Of a DNA stretch of 64,000 bases, positions 1-16,254 are shown piece by piece (the first letter of the stretch is position 1; every line of letters starts with the position of its first letter). The translations under genes and the position numbers were made by a program. The notes below the pieces were generated by a model. The model had not been told where the DNA came from and searched no databases. It saw only the letters and a list, made by a program, of their open reading frames with translations. The stretch is from Vicinamibacteria bacterium (GTDB taxonomy: Bacteria > Acidobacteriota > Vicinamibacteria > Vicinamibacterales > JAENWD01): NCBI GenBank assembly GCA_963828745.1, contig CAWHFZ010000006.1:65549-129548 (forward strand). The letters are read 5' to 3'.

Positions 1-1658
<1,658 letters not shown>

Positions 1659-1690
1659 CGGCGGACTCGGGGATTGCGTCCAGCAGGATC

Positions 1691-1786
1691 GTAGGGCGGA
1701 CCTAAAGGTCCGCCCTACATGTGGATCGCGAGTGCCACATGTGGATAGCCAGCGCGTATGTAGGGCGGACCTTTAGGTCCGCCTAC
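1691..1786. repeat. Pair of REP-like palindromes in inverted orientation (1691-1718 and 1759-1786), each adjacent to the motif CATGTGGAT
   Basis: GTAGGGCGGACC-TAAA-GGTCCGCCCTAC is a perfect 12-bp stem. The second copy has loop TTTA and one base missing. The pair lies between convergent gcvP and the aminotransferase. Confidence 0.8.
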
Positions 1787-2679
1787 GTTGTGACCGGGCA
1801 GTGCCGCGCGATCTCCGCCAGGAACGCCTGGCGCAATCTTGCGACGACTGCACCTGGGCGGCCGGTCCCGATTTCCCTCCCATCCACCCGCACGATCGGC
1901 ACGATCTCCCGCGTGCTGCTGGTGAGAAATGCCTCGTCCGCACCGAACAACTCCTCGTCGTGGAGCGAGCGCTCCTCGAAAGGAATCCGCTCCTTCCTGC
2001 ACATCTCGAGGGCCAGCTGCCGCGTGATGCCTGCGAGCAATCCCGCTCGCAGCGGCGGCGTCAGCACCTGACCGTCCCGGACGACGAACAGGTTCGACTG
2101 GCTGCATTCGGCGAGCTCGCCCAGGTGATTACGCATGACCGCCTCGAAACCACTCTGCGCCAGCGCGCGCTGCATCGCCAGCGCGTTGTTCAACAGGTTG
2201 TTCGACTTGATCAGCGGGTTGAGCGCTTCGGGTGCGTTGCGCTGGATCGGGACGATCGCAACGTTGACGCCCTCCTCGTAGACGCGGGCGGGCGGCGCCA
2301 CGTGCGGCCGCGCGATGATCACGAGGGTCGGTGTCTTGCAGGCCGCCGGATCGTAGGTGAGCTCGCCGACGCCTCGTGTCAGCAAAACCCGGATATACGC
2401 GTCCTGTCCACCGGGCTTCCATGGCACGAGCCCGGCCGCGTTCATCGTCTCTGCGATACGGTCGAGGAAGATGGTGTCGTCGTAGGGTACTGGAAGCGCG
2501 ATGAGTCCCGCTGACGCTCGCAGCCGTGTCAGGTGGCGGTCGAGCAGGAAGGGCTGGCCGTGATAGGTGCGGCAGACTTCGTAGACGCCCTCGCCATAGA
2601 GAAAGCCGTGGTCGAAGACAGGAACGACCGCCTCGGCTTCGGTCGTGATCTTTCCATTGACGAACACTGCGCCAGTCAT
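1783..2679 (-). CDS. Class IV aminotransferase (IlvE/Dat/PabC family; branched-chain amino acid aminotransferase-like)
   Basis: ORF 1783-2811. The family N-terminus MTGAVFVNG.. starts at 2679. Motifs: FDHGFLYGEGVYE, SNLFVV, GITR. Confidence 0.75.
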   Translation of the reverse strand: MTGAVFVNGKITTEAEAVVPVFDHGFLYGEGVYEVCRTYHGQPFLLDRHLTRLRASAGLIALPVPYDDTIFLDRIAETMNAAGLVPWKPGGQDAYIRVLLTRGVGELTYDPAACKTPTLVIIARPHVAPPARVYEEGVNVAIVPIQRNAPEALNPLIKSNNLLNNALAMQRALAQSGFEAVMRNHLGELAECSQSNLFVVRDGQVLTPPLRAGLLAGITRQLALEMCRKERIPFEERSLHDEELFGADEAFLTSSTREIVPIVRVDGREIGTGRPGAVVARLRQAFLAEIARHCPVTT

Positions 2680-2813
2680 TGGGACGGGATGGTAACAGAC
2701 TGCAGGCTCCGGACTCCGGGCCCGGGGCTCCGCGAAGAATCGCGCGCCCTCAGTCGCCGGAGTCCGTAGCCGGAGTCCGTAGCCCCCGCTCCTGCTGATA
2801 CACTTCGCCAAGG

Positions 2814-4391
2814 ATGCGGATCCTCAATAGCGCGCAGATGCGGGACGTGGACCGGCGGACGACGGACGAGATCGGCATCGCGTCGATCGTGCTCATGGAG
2901 AACGCCGGCAGACAGGTGGTGGCGGCGATCGAAGCGATGTTCGCCGATCTGTCGGCCCGCCATGTGGCGGTGCTCTGCGGCCGCGGGAACAACGGCGGCG
3001 ACGGTTACGTCGTCGCTCGCACGTTGCTCCAGCGCGGCGTCGAGGTCTCGATCTTCGTCGTTGGTGAGATTGCGGGCGTGCGCGGCGATGCCCGTGCCAA
3101 TCTCGAGGTCCTCGGCCACCTCGGACACACCATCGTCGAGATCAACGACCCGCAGGCGTGGGAACTGCATTTCTCAGAGATCCGCGGCTGCGACCTGCTG
3201 GTCGACGCGATGTTTGGCACCGGCCTGAAGACGCCACTGAGCGGCCTCTTCGAGACGATTGTCGCCGACATCAACGCGAGCGATCTCGCCGTCGTCGCCG
3301 TGGACCTGCCCTCCGGGCTCTCGGCTGATACGCCGGAGCCGATCGGCCCCTGCATCGACGCGACGGTCACGGTGACGCTGGCAGCCCCGAAGCTGCCGCT
3401 GCTGCTGCCGCCTGGCGAGGGACATTGCGGCGACGTCGTGATTGCCGACATCGGCATTCCGGAAGCGGCGATCGAAGCCGTCGAGGGTCCGCACCTCGAG
3501 CTCCTGACCAGGGAGGTCGTCCGTGCGCTGATCGAGCCGCGTCCCGCCGACTCCCACAAGGGTGACTACGGCCATGTACTCGTCGTCGCCGGCGGCCGCG
3601 GGAAGACTGGAGCGGCGCATCTCTCGGCAATGGGCGCGCTGAAATCAGGCGCCGGGCTCGTGACGATCGCGACGACGAAATCGAGTCAGCCGGTCGTTGC
3701 GGCAATGGCGCCGGAATACATGACCGAGGGACTGGAGGAGGGGCCGGATGGCGGACTGCTGCTCGAGGCGCTCGATCGCGTCCTCGCGTCACAGGCCGAC
3801 GTCATCGCCGCGGGACCTGGCCTCGGCACCGCGCGATCGACGGTCGCATTCATCCACGGGCTGCTGGCGCGCGCCGGCGTACCACTGGTGCTCGATGCCG
3901 ATGCCCTCAACGCATTCACCGACGCGCCCGAGCTCCTGGTCGGGCCCGAAGGGCGTGACGTGATCATCACGCCCCATCCAGGCGAGCTCGCTCGACTCGT
4001 CGGCGTGACGACGGCGGACGTCCAGGCCAATCGCATCGAGATCGCGCAAACCTTCGCGGAAGCACATCAGCTCTACGTCATCCTCAAAGGCCACCGGTCG
4101 ATCGTGGCCACGCCGGACGGCAAGGTGTTCGTCAATCCGACCGGGAACGCGGGCATGGCGACCGGCGGGATGGGGGATTTGCTGACGGGCATGGTCGCAG
4201 CCTGGCTGGCGCAGCTCCTCGACGCCGAGGCGGCGTGCAAGCTCGCGGTCTATCTCCACGGGATGGCAGGCGATCTGGCAGAAGCGATTGAAGGCGAAGT
4301 TGCTTTGACCCCGAGCGATGTCCTCGGGCAGCTCGGCGACGCGGTGTTGGAGTTGACGGCGAGGAAGCGCGTCGAGAGTAAGGAAGGCTGA
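2814..4391 (+). CDS. nnr: Bifunctional NAD(P)H-hydrate repair enzyme (epimerase + ADP-dependent dehydratase)
   Basis: 525 aa. YjeF_N motif CGRGNNGGDGYVVAR. C-terminal kinase-like motifs GPGLGT and ATGGMGDLLTG. Confidence 0.9.
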   Translation: MRILNSAQMRDVDRRTTDEIGIASIVLMENAGRQVVAAIEAMFADLSARHVAVLCGRGNNGGDGYVVARTLLQRGVEVSIFVVGEIAGVRGDARANLEVLGHLGHTIVEINDPQAWELHFSEIRGCDLLVDAMFGTGLKTPLSGLFETIVADINASDLAVVAVDLPSGLSADTPEPIGPCIDATVTVTLAAPKLPLLLPPGEGHCGDVVIADIGIPEAAIEAVEGPHLELLTREVVRALIEPRPADSHKGDYGHVLVVAGGRGKTGAAHLSAMGALKSGAGLVTIATTKSSQPVVAAMAPEYMTEGLEEGPDGGLLLEALDRVLASQADVIAAGPGLGTARSTVAFIHGLLARAGVPLVLDADALNAFTDAPELLVGPEGRDVIITPHPGELARLVGVTTADVQANRIEIAQTFAEAHQLYVILKGHRSIVATPDGKVFVNPTGNAGMATGGMGDLLTGMVAAWLAQLLDAEAACKLAVYLHGMAGDLAEAIEGEVALTPSDVLGQLGDAVLELTARKRVESKEG

Positions 4392-4427
4392 TATCGTCAA
4401 TTGCGGATTGCGGACCAGAGACTGCTG

Positions 4428-4835
4428 ATGGCGGCGGTGACATCGCGAACCGAGTCGGACACGATAGCCGCCGGCCGGGACCTGGCCGGAACACTCGAGC
4501 CCGGGACGACCGTGCTTCTTTACGGCGACCTGGGGGCGGGCAAAACAGCCTTCGTTCGAGGATTGGCGGAAGGGCTCGGACTCGATCCGGAGCAGGTCAG
4601 CAGCCCGACCTTCACCATTGTCCAGGAATACCGCGGCGACGTCACCCTGCAGCACGTCGATTTGTACCGCCTGAACCCAACGGAAGTCGCCGATCTCGCT
4701 CTCGAGGATCTGCAGGACGGAAGGACGATTCTGGCGATCGAGTGGCCGGAGCACCTGGCGCGTTTACCGATGCCGCCACTCGTTGAGGTCCGGATCGCGC
4801 ACGCCGAGGACGGGCGCCGAATCACAATCGGCTAG
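4428..4835 (+). CDS. tsaE: tRNA threonylcarbamoyladenosine biosynthesis ATPase TsaE
   Basis: Motifs GDLGAGKTAFVRGL and SPTFTIVQEY. ATG 4428 is preferred over TTG 4401, which lies inside an ATTGCGG repeat. Confidence 0.8.
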   Translation: MAAVTSRTESDTIAAGRDLAGTLEPGTTVLLYGDLGAGKTAFVRGLAEGLGLDPEQVSSPTFTIVQEYRGDVTLQHVDLYRLNPTEVADLALEDLQDGRTILAIEWPEHLARLPMPPLVEVRIAHAEDGRRITIG

Positions 4836-4871
4836 CGCGCCGCAATCCGCCCGCCTTCGCTCGTCGCGCTA

Positions 4872-4892
4872 CGTTGCGGTCGCGCCGTAACG
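4872..4892. terminator. Hairpin between convergent tsaE and guaB (possible bidirectional terminator; no U-tract)
   Basis: CGTTGCGG-TCGCG-CCGTAACG forms an 8-bp stem including one G-U pair. Confidence 0.3.
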
Positions 4893-4912
4893 CTTCGCGC
4901 GGAGGTGGACAG

Positions 4913-9414
<4,502 letters not shown>

Positions 9415-9452
9415 GAACAGACGAGGGCGGCGAACCGCTTGGCTATCAAGCG

Positions 9453-9461
9453 ATTGTACCA
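9453..9461 (-). promoter_or_regulatory. Candidate extended -10 element (TGGTACAAT) upstream of secA, followed by a 6-bp 5'-UTR hairpin (CGCTTG-ATAGC-CAAGCG)
   Basis: Read on the minus strand, ~38 nt upstream of the secA ATG. No clear -35. Confidence 0.3.
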
Positions 9462-9577
9462 TGGGTTCTCTGGGTGCCCAGGTCCATGGGTTACTGAGGA
9501 ACAATGGACGGACGGACCCCTGCGCGGGACGCATCCGCGCCAAAACCCAGACCCCAGATCCCCAAAAACCCGGAAAC

Positions 9578-10510
9578 CTAGCGAGGCCGATTGACGAGGA
9601 ACTGCAGCGGATTGAGCTGGCGGCCGTAGACGAGGACTTCGTAGTGCAGATGGTCGCCGGTCGCGCGGCCGGTGGCGCCCGCGAAGCCGACGAGGTCACC
9701 GCGCTGGACGCGATCGCCGCCCCTGACGGCGAATCGTGACAAGTGCGCGTAGCGAGTGGAGATCCCGAAGCCGTGACTGATCACGACCATGTTGCCGTAC
9801 GCGCCGGAGGGCTCAGCTGCTTCGACTATGCCCGTTGCCGTCGCGTAGACCGGCTCGCCGTGATCGGCGGAGATGTCGAGCCCGGTGTGATAACCGCCCT
9901 CGCCGGTAAACGGGTCGCGTCGCCTGCCGAAGCTGTCGGTCAGCCAGCCTCGAATCGGCCAGATGGACGGCGTCGCCTCAGCGAGCGCGTGACGGCGCTC
10001 GACGTCGGTCTGGACGACCTGTAGCCGGTTCTCGAGACTGTAGAGGAGATCCCGGAGCATACCGAACGTGTCTTCCGGCGTCCGGACCACCGGTGTGAAC
10101 AGAGGCGTCCGTGGTCCGCCCGCGGCTCGAGATTTCACAATCGCCGGTAAGCGGTCCATCGCCCTGGCGGTCGCAGGATCGACCGCCGCCCGCGCGCCCA
10201 GCTTGCCGACCGCCTCCTGGAGCGACTGAATCTCGCCGGTCAGCGCACCCGTGGCCGTACGGAAGTTCCGGTTCTCAAGCTCGAGCTGGCTATTCGACGC
10301 GCGAAGAGAGGCGATCTCGGCGCCGGCACTTAAACGAAGGCCCAGGCCGACCAGTACGGGCAGCACCAGCAGGGCGCAGACACTCAGAAAGAGAGGACCG
10401 ACATTGAGGGACACCCGGCGATACACACCGGTGCGCCGATCGGCGATGACGACGGTATACCTGCGATGACGCGTCACTGAAAAGGTGGTGCGAACCGAGG
10501 CGCCGAACAA
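9578..10510 (-). CDS. M23 family metallopeptidase (murein endopeptidase-like) with N-terminal TM and coiled coil
   Basis: Motifs [18 protein letters not shown] and TGDHLHYEV. Confidence 0.85.
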   Translation of the reverse strand: MFGASVRTTFSVTRHRRYTVVIADRRTGVYRRVSLNVGPLFLSVCALLVLPVLVGLGLRLSAGAEIASLRASNSQLELENRNFRTATGALTGEIQSLQEAVGKLGARAAVDPATARAMDRLPAIVKSRAAGGPRTPLFTPVVRTPEDTFGMLRDLLYSLENRLQVVQTDVERRHALAEATPSIWPIRGWLTDSFGRRRDPFTGEGGYHTGLDISADHGEPVYATATGIVEAAEPSGAYGNMVVISHGFGISTRYAHLSRFAVRGGDRVQRGDLVGFAGATGRATGDHLHYEVLVYGRQLNPLQFLVNRPR

Positions 10511-10607
10511 TCCCGCCCGCGAATTCCGGACTGTATCACACGGAATGTCTACTCCGGCGCAGAAATCTCCATCTAGCGATCATATGACGAAGACCCGCCT
10601 CGCGGGC

Positions 10608-12113
10608 TCAGGTCGGGTCATCTCCGCGGAATTGCAGGGCTTCGGCAACGTGATCTGGCGTGACCACGCTTTCGGCCGCGAGGTCCGCGATGGTGCGCGC
10701 GACGCGCAGCAGACGATGAAACCCCCGAGCCGAGAGCCGCAGTCGATCGACGGCTTGCGCCGCAAAGGTTCGCGCGGACGGTTGGACCAGCGCGGCGGAC
10801 TTCAACCAGCGTGCATCGAGGCGCGCATTCAGCACTCCCGGCGGGCGGCTCACTTGCCGCTGACGCGCGGCGAGCACTCGCTCGCGCACCGTGTCGGACG
10901 ACTCGCCTGATCCCGCGCGATCCAGATCCGAGGCGGCCACGGCGGCGACAGGTACGACGAGGTCGAGGCGGTCGCGGAGCGGACCGGACAGGCGATTCGC
11001 GTAGCGCGCCACGATTGGCGCCGCACATCTGCAGCCGCGACGGGGATCGCCAAAGTACCCGCATGGGCACGGGTTCATCGCGGCGACCAGCATGAAGCGC
11101 GCAGGGAACACCGCGGTACGTGCCGCACGTGCGATCGCGATCGTTCCGTGTTCGACCGGCTGCCGCAGCACTTCCAGGGCGCGCCGGGAGAACTCAGGGA
11201 GCTCGTCGAGAAAGAGCACGCCGTGGTGCGCCAGGCTGATCTCTCCGGGACGCGGCAGCGAACCGCCACCAGCGAGCGCCGTGTCGGAGATCGTGTGGTG
11301 AGGAGCGCGAAAGGGCCGTGTGCGAATCAGGCTGGCGCCGCCCGGGAGACGCCCGGCGACCGAGTGCACGGTCGTCACTTCCAGCGATTCCTCGAAGCTC
11401 AGCGGCGGAAGCAGCCCCGGGAGTCGCCGCGCCATCATCGTCTTGCCCGCGCCCGGAGGACCAACGAACAGGAGGTTGTGTCCACCGGCCGCTGCGACCT
11501 CGAGTGCGCGACGGGCCAACCCCTGGCCGTGGACGTCGGCAAGGTCTGGCTCGTCGCTGTCCACCGCCGGTGCCACGGCCGTCGGCAACGTGCGCCGACG
11601 ATCGGGATCGTTGAGCACGGCGACCGCTTCGGTCAGGGAATCGACCGGCAAGACGTCGATGCCGGTGACGACCGCAGCTTCGAGCGCATTGGCGGACGGT
11701 ACGAGCAGGCGCTGATAGCCAACGCGGCGCGCGGTGGCGGCGATGGGCAGGACCCCGCGCGTCGGATGCATCGAGCCATCCAACGACAGTTCGCCGAGGA
11801 CCAGGACGTCGGGAATGACGCGACGGGCGACCGCGCCCGAGGCGGCCAGAACGCCCAGTGCAATCGGCAGATCGAACGCGGCTCCCGCCTTGCGGACGTC
11901 CGCCGGCGCCAGATTGACCGTGACGCGCTGCTGCGGGAAGTCGAACCCGGAGTTCCTGATTGCCGCGCGCACGCGGTCGCGGCTTTCGCGGACCGCGGCA
12001 TCGGGCAATCCCACCATCACGAGGCCGGGCAGCCCGAACGACACATCCACTTCGACAGCGACGGGCACGGCGTCGATACCGAAGAGCGCCGCCGTGCGCA
12101 CGGAGGCCAGCAC
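10608..12113 (-). CDS. comM: YifB/ComM family Mg-chelatase-like AAA+ ATPase
   Basis: Walker A GPPGAGKT and the ChlI-like C-terminal domain. GTG start at 12113 is inferred from the family N-terminus VLASVRTAALFGIDA. The upstream part of ORF 10608-12593 crosses REP elements. Confidence 0.85.
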   Translation of the reverse strand: MLASVRTAALFGIDAVPVAVEVDVSFGLPGLVMVGLPDAAVRESRDRVRAAIRNSGFDFPQQRVTVNLAPADVRKAGAAFDLPIALGVLAASGAVARRVIPDVLVLGELSLDGSMHPTRGVLPIAATARRVGYQRLLVPSANALEAAVVTGIDVLPVDSLTEAVAVLNDPDRRRTLPTAVAPAVDSDEPDLADVHGQGLARRALEVAAAGGHNLLFVGPPGAGKTMMARRLPGLLPPLSFEESLEVTTVHSVAGRLPGGASLIRTRPFRAPHHTISDTALAGGGSLPRPGEISLAHHGVLFLDELPEFSRRALEVLRQPVEHGTIAIARAARTAVFPARFMLVAAMNPCPCGYFGDPRRGCRCAAPIVARYANRLSGPLRDRLDLVVPVAAVAASDLDRAGSGESSDTVRERVLAARQRQVSRPPGVLNARLDARWLKSAALVQPSARTFAAQAVDRLRLSARGFHRLLRVARTIADLAAESVVTPDHVAEALQFRGDDPT

Positions 12114-12314
12114 GTGATTGCCGAGTGCAACAAGCGGGACGCCTGCGCGGGTCGTGTCTCGGCGGGCGAAAACCACGAATTCCGCGTCGCAGGCCCGGCG
12201 TTCGACGCGATTCTTGCCACGCGCGAGCGCGTCCGTGGAGGCAGTATTTGCGAGAATTCGAGCGCTCGAGAAGCCCGAGCTACGCGCGGGTCTGCGTACG
12301 CAGGGGCGCGATTT

Positions 12315-12388
12315 GGCGGACCTGAAGGTCCGCCCTACATAAGCGTGATTAGAGAGACGACCTGTCGGGCGGACCTTCAGGTCCGCCT
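12315..12388. repeat. Pair of REP-like palindromes (12315-12338 and 12367-12388) in inverted orientation
   Basis: GGCGGACC-TGAA-GGTCCGCC(CTAC) and GGGCGGACC-TTCA-GGTCCGCC, between the transglycosylase and comM. Confidence 0.8.
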
Positions 12389-12411
12389 TGTTAGCCGTCA
12401 GCTCCGGCTTG

Positions 12412-14160
12412 TCAGTTGGATGACGTGTAGACCGTGAGGCGCTGGCCGGGGCTGAGGTGATTCGACCGCAGCCGGTTCCACTGCTTGAGCGCTGACACGG
12501 TGGTGGAGAAGAGGCGCGCGATCGACGAGAGCGTGTCGCCGCGCTTGACTCGATAGGTGTGGCGTGCGGTTTCAAGTTGCTCGCCCTGGTCATCCGATCC
12601 GTTGGCCGTTGAAATCAGCGATGCGCGTGCGACGAGGGGGCGCGTCTCGAGTGCGGGCGTCGGACGATCCGGTTGCGCCGCCATCAACGTGGTCGGGGGA
12701 CGCGGAACGATCAGCTTCTGGCCTGGGCGGACGCGCGTCTTGCTGGACAGATAGTTCGCTTCGGCGAGATCGGTGCGGCTCACGCGCAGCTTGCGCGCGA
12801 TGGTCGTCAGCGTCTCGCCCGATTTCACGGTGTGCCAGTTCAGCGACGCGCCGGTGACGTTCGGCAAATCTTCGAGCTTCACGCGCAGCGGCTCGGCAGT
12901 GCCGGCCGGCACCCGCAACTCGTAGCTCGATCCGCGCACCGGCGTCGTCCAGCGGCGCAACTCGGGATTGAGCTGCTGGATGACGTCGACCGGCGTGCTG
13001 GTCCACTCGGCGATCCGCCGCAGATCTACCGGCCCGTCAATCGAGACCGTCTCGCGCGGCGCCGGTTCGGTCATCGTCAGCTCGAAACCGTACTGCGCCG
13101 GATTGCGGGCGATGATCATGGCGGCGAGGATCATCGGCACATAGTCGCGGGTCTCGCGAGGAAGGCCGCGCTTCAGCGCGCTCAGTTCCCAGAAATCGGT
13201 CCTGCCGGTCCGTTTGAGCGCTCGTTGCACACGACCAGGACCACCGTTGTATGACGCCAGCGCCAGGTGCCAATCGCCGTCGAAGATGCGCCGCAGGGTT
13301 TTCAAGTACTTGGCCGCGGCGCGCGTTGCCTTCTCAGGGTCAGAGCGCTCGTCGATGTACCAATCGTGGCGGAGACCGTTCTCGAGTGCGGTCGGCCGCA
13401 TGAACTGCCACACGCCCTTCGCGCTCTTCCTGGAGAGCGCGTTCGTTTTGAACGCGCTTTCGATCAAGGGGACATAGGCGAGATCGAGCGGCAGCCCTTC
13501 CGCGCGAAAGACGTTCTGAATCATCGGCAGGTACTGACTGCCTCGCTGAAGGCCGTCCTGCAGGTACGAGCGAAGGCGTGTCTGGAACAGCTCGACGTAG
13601 CCGAGCACGCGCTGATTCAGGGGAATGGGAATGTCGTGCGACGTCTGCGCCAGGTCGGTTTCGACAGTCGCGGTGATCGCGGGTGTCGGCGCCGGTTCGT
13701 CGAAGGTCGCCGACAGCTCCAACAGCTCGTCGATCGATGCGGGCTCGGCCGGCTTCTCCGCAAAGCCGTCGCCGGTCGCCAGCGCCGCCACTTCGAGGGC
13801 GCTGATCTTGTCCACCAGGCGATCGAACTGCTCGCGCAGTCGCGGTTCGGTCCGGGCGCCGCCAGGTGCGTTCAGCAGGACGTCGAGGGCGGCATTGAAT
13901 TCGTTCCGCGCCCGATCGAGGTGCCCGAGCTCCAGCTCACGCTGACCCTTTAGATAATGTTGTTGCGATTCCGTAATCAGGGTCTGAACCGGATCGACGG
14001 CCGGTGCGGGAGACACCGGGGGCGTTTGCGCCCGTGGGGCCGATGCCGCCGGGGGAGGAGTGGGCTCCGTTCGCACTTGCGCGTGCTTGGAACCGCCACA
14101 CCCCGCGACGATCACGCCGAATCCGATTGCTGTCAGCGACAGCCGGGAGACCTTGAACAT
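12412..14160 (-). CDS. Membrane-bound lytic murein transglycosylase (SLT domain) lipoprotein with two C-terminal LysM domains (MltD-like)
   Basis: Lipobox IVAGC after MFKVSRLSLTAIGFGV (ATG 14160). SLT motif ESAFKTNALSRKSAKGVWQFM. LysM: HTVKSGETLTTIARKL.. and YRVKRGDTLSSIARLF.. Confidence 0.85.
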   Translation of the reverse strand: MFKVSRLSLTAIGFGVIVAGCGGSKHAQVRTEPTPPPAASAPRAQTPPVSPAPAVDPVQTLITESQQHYLKGQRELELGHLDRARNEFNAALDVLLNAPGGARTEPRLREQFDRLVDKISALEVAALATGDGFAEKPAEPASIDELLELSATFDEPAPTPAITATVETDLAQTSHDIPIPLNQRVLGYVELFQTRLRSYLQDGLQRGSQYLPMIQNVFRAEGLPLDLAYVPLIESAFKTNALSRKSAKGVWQFMRPTALENGLRHDWYIDERSDPEKATRAAAKYLKTLRRIFDGDWHLALASYNGGPGRVQRALKRTGRTDFWELSALKRGLPRETRDYVPMILAAMIIARNPAQYGFELTMTEPAPRETVSIDGPVDLRRIAEWTSTPVDVIQQLNPELRRWTTPVRGSSYELRVPAGTAEPLRVKLEDLPNVTGASLNWHTVKSGETLTTIARKLRVSRTDLAEANYLSSKTRVRPGQKLIVPRPPTTLMAAQPDRPTPALETRPLVARASLISTANGSDDQGEQLETARHTYRVKRGDTLSSIARLFSTTVSALKQWNRLRSNHLSPGQRLTVYTSSN

Positions 14161-14499
14161 CGCGCCGCTCCGCCGAAACGCCCGCACGCCGCATGCCAGC
14201 CGCCAGCAGGCTGGAGAACTCTTGCAGATCCGTGCAGAAACATGGACCGGCCGCCACCGGGATGGGGCAGCGGCTCGGGCAGATTGCCTGACCGGGACAA
14301 GTCTTTCGTCGGGTCCCTGCCAGCTCAGCCACGCCGAAACAGGTGCGGTTCTGGGAGGCCGGATCACGCTACTAACGCTTCTCGACGCTTGTGGGCTTCG
14401 ACCGTAGGCTGGGGCCGGTGAAGCCGAGGCACCGTAACATGCCGCTCAGCCCCTGGTCAACCCTGTTAAGTCACGTGCGGTCAGCAATAACAGTCGCCA

Positions 14500-16254
14500 T
14501 CACCTCGGCAGTGTGACGCCGGGCAGGTCGAAAATATTGTGCGAGTCGCCGAGCTCGCGCGCGGCCGGCGTCACGATGCTCCGTTCTGCCAGCGCGATAC
14601 GCGTCCCCGCCTGGATTGCCTGGCGGACATCGTCTTCGCAGACGAAATCCATGGTCGGCGTGGCCGCTGGCCCGACACTCATCCGTCCGCTGGTCTCCGG
14701 CGCCGGCACCGTCGCCGTGCCGCCCCGGCCAAAACCCCGGGACTGCAGGAACTGGTCGATCCGACGGGAGAGGGCGTCGCTGGAGATGCCGTTGGAGGCT
14801 ATGCGCGCAGGAGATTGCGGCAGCCGCGGACCGGCGGGCTTATGCGGGGCGCTCGCCGTCGCGACCGAAGGCACCGCGTCCGGACGATTCGAGTACGCGG
14901 GCCGGATCTCATAGGCCAGCCGCTTGATGTTCAGCAAGTGCCGCGGCGAGATGTTGTCTGACGTGATATTACCGCCGAACCCGCCGCACCCCAGCGTCAT
15001 CGCCGGATCGAGTCCCGTCGTGAGCCCGATCGAGCCGTGCGTCGTCGGCGTGTTCACGCAGATGCGGTACGCCGGCTTGTGCAGGCCGAACTCGAGGATC
15101 ACCTGCTCGTTGCGCGAGTGGATGGACATCGTGTGGCCCATCCCGCCATACCGGAGGATCTGTTTGCAGCGCTCGCAGCCTTCGCGCCAGTCGCGCACGA
15201 CGTAATACGAAAGGACCGGGCACAGCTTCTCGATCGAGAGCGGGAAGTCGCGCCCGACGCCGGCGAGCGGCGCGATCAACGCGCGTGTGCCCTGAGGCAC
15301 GGTGATGCCGGCCTTCTCGGCAATCAGCGTCGCCGTCTTGCCGACGAGCGCCGGTTGCGTCAGCCGCTGCGGCGAGACGAGCGCCTTCCCGACCGCGTCA
15401 CTTTCTGCGGGGGAGAGGAAGTACGCGCCCTGCGCCTGGAACTGCCGTCGCACTTCCTCCGCGACGGCCTCGTCCACGACGACCGAGTTCGGCGACGAGC
15501 AGAGCACGCCGTTGTCGAAGCACTTGCCAATCAGAATGTCGGATGCCGCCTTCGTCAGGTCGGCCGACGATTCGATGTAGCACGGCGCGTTGCCCGGCCC
15601 GACGCCGTATGCGGGCTTGCCGGCGCTGTACGCCGCACGGACCAGACCCAGGCCGCCCGTCGCGAGGATGACGGCAACCTCGCGCTGTTTCATCAGCTCC
15701 TGCGTGCCCTCGATCGTCACCGTGGTCATCCAGCCGATCGCGCCATCCGGTGCGCCGGCAGCCGCCGCCGCGGCGGCCATGATCTCGGCGACGCGCGTAA
15801 TGCACCGGACCGCCGACGGGTGCGGGCTGATGACGATCGCGCAGCGCGCCTTGATCGCAATCAGGATCTTGTAAATGGCGGTGGACGTGGGGTTGGTGGA
15901 CGGAACGATCGCGGCGACGACGCCGAAGGGCTCGGCGATCTCGACCACCTTGCGATCCTCGATCCGATTCACCACGCCGACGGTCTTCATCGGCTTGATG
16001 AACTCGTAGACCCGCTGCGAGGAGAAGAGATTCTTTTGAACCTTGTCGGCGACGACGCCGAAGGTGGTTTCCTCGACGGCGAGCCGCGCCAACGCCTCGG
16101 CTTCGGGCGTCACCGCTGCGGCCATTGCATCGACGATTGCGTCGATCTGCGCCTGCGAGTACTCGGCGAGGCGGGCTTGCGCGGCGTGCGCGTTCCGGGC
16201 GAGCGTGCGGGCTTCGGCGATGGAGGCGAGGTCGCGATCGGTGGGGGCGGGCAT
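14500..16254 (-). CDS. CoA-acylating aldehyde dehydrogenase (AdhE N-terminal-domain type) with a 132-aa C-terminal extension
   Basis: 584 aa. Motifs [38 protein letters not shown], catalytic FDNGVLCSS and LGCGGFGGN. The start ATG overlaps the stop of the upstream BMC-H gene (TGATG). Confidence 0.85.
   Translation of the reverse strand: MPAPTDRDLASIAEARTLARNAHAAQARLAEYSQAQIDAIVDAMAAAVTPEAEALARLAVEETTFGVVADKVQKNLFSSQRVYEFIKPMKTVGVVNRIEDRKVVEIAEPFGVVAAIVPSTNPTSTAIYKILIAIKARCAIVISPHPSAVRCITRVAEIMAAAAAAAGAPDGAIGWMTTVTIEGTQELMKQREVAVILATGGLGLVRAAYSAGKPAYGVGPGNAPCYIESSADLTKAASDILIGKCFDNGVLCSSPNSVVVDEAVAEEVRRQFQAQGAYFLSPAESDAVGKALVSPQRLTQPALVGKTATLIAEKAGITVPQGTRALIAPLAGVGRDFPLSIEKLCPVLSYYVVRDWREGCERCKQILRYGGMGHTMSIHSRNEQVILEFGLHKPAYRICVNTPTTHGSIGLTTGLDPAMTLGCGGFGGNITSDNISPRHLLNIKRLAYEIRPAYSNRPDAVPSVATASAPHKPAGPRLPQSPARIASNGISSDALSRRIDQFLQSRGFGRGGTATVPAPETSGRMSVGPAATPTMDFVCEDDVRQAIQAGTRIALAERSIVTPAARELGDSHNIFDLPGVTLPR

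Noticed and set aside
10608-12593. 160-aa N-terminal extension of comM, and likewise the 69-aa extension of the transglycosylase ORF to 14367
   Set aside because: The extensions cross REP elements or the neighbouring gene and lack family similarity. Internal GTG/ATG starts match the family N-termini.
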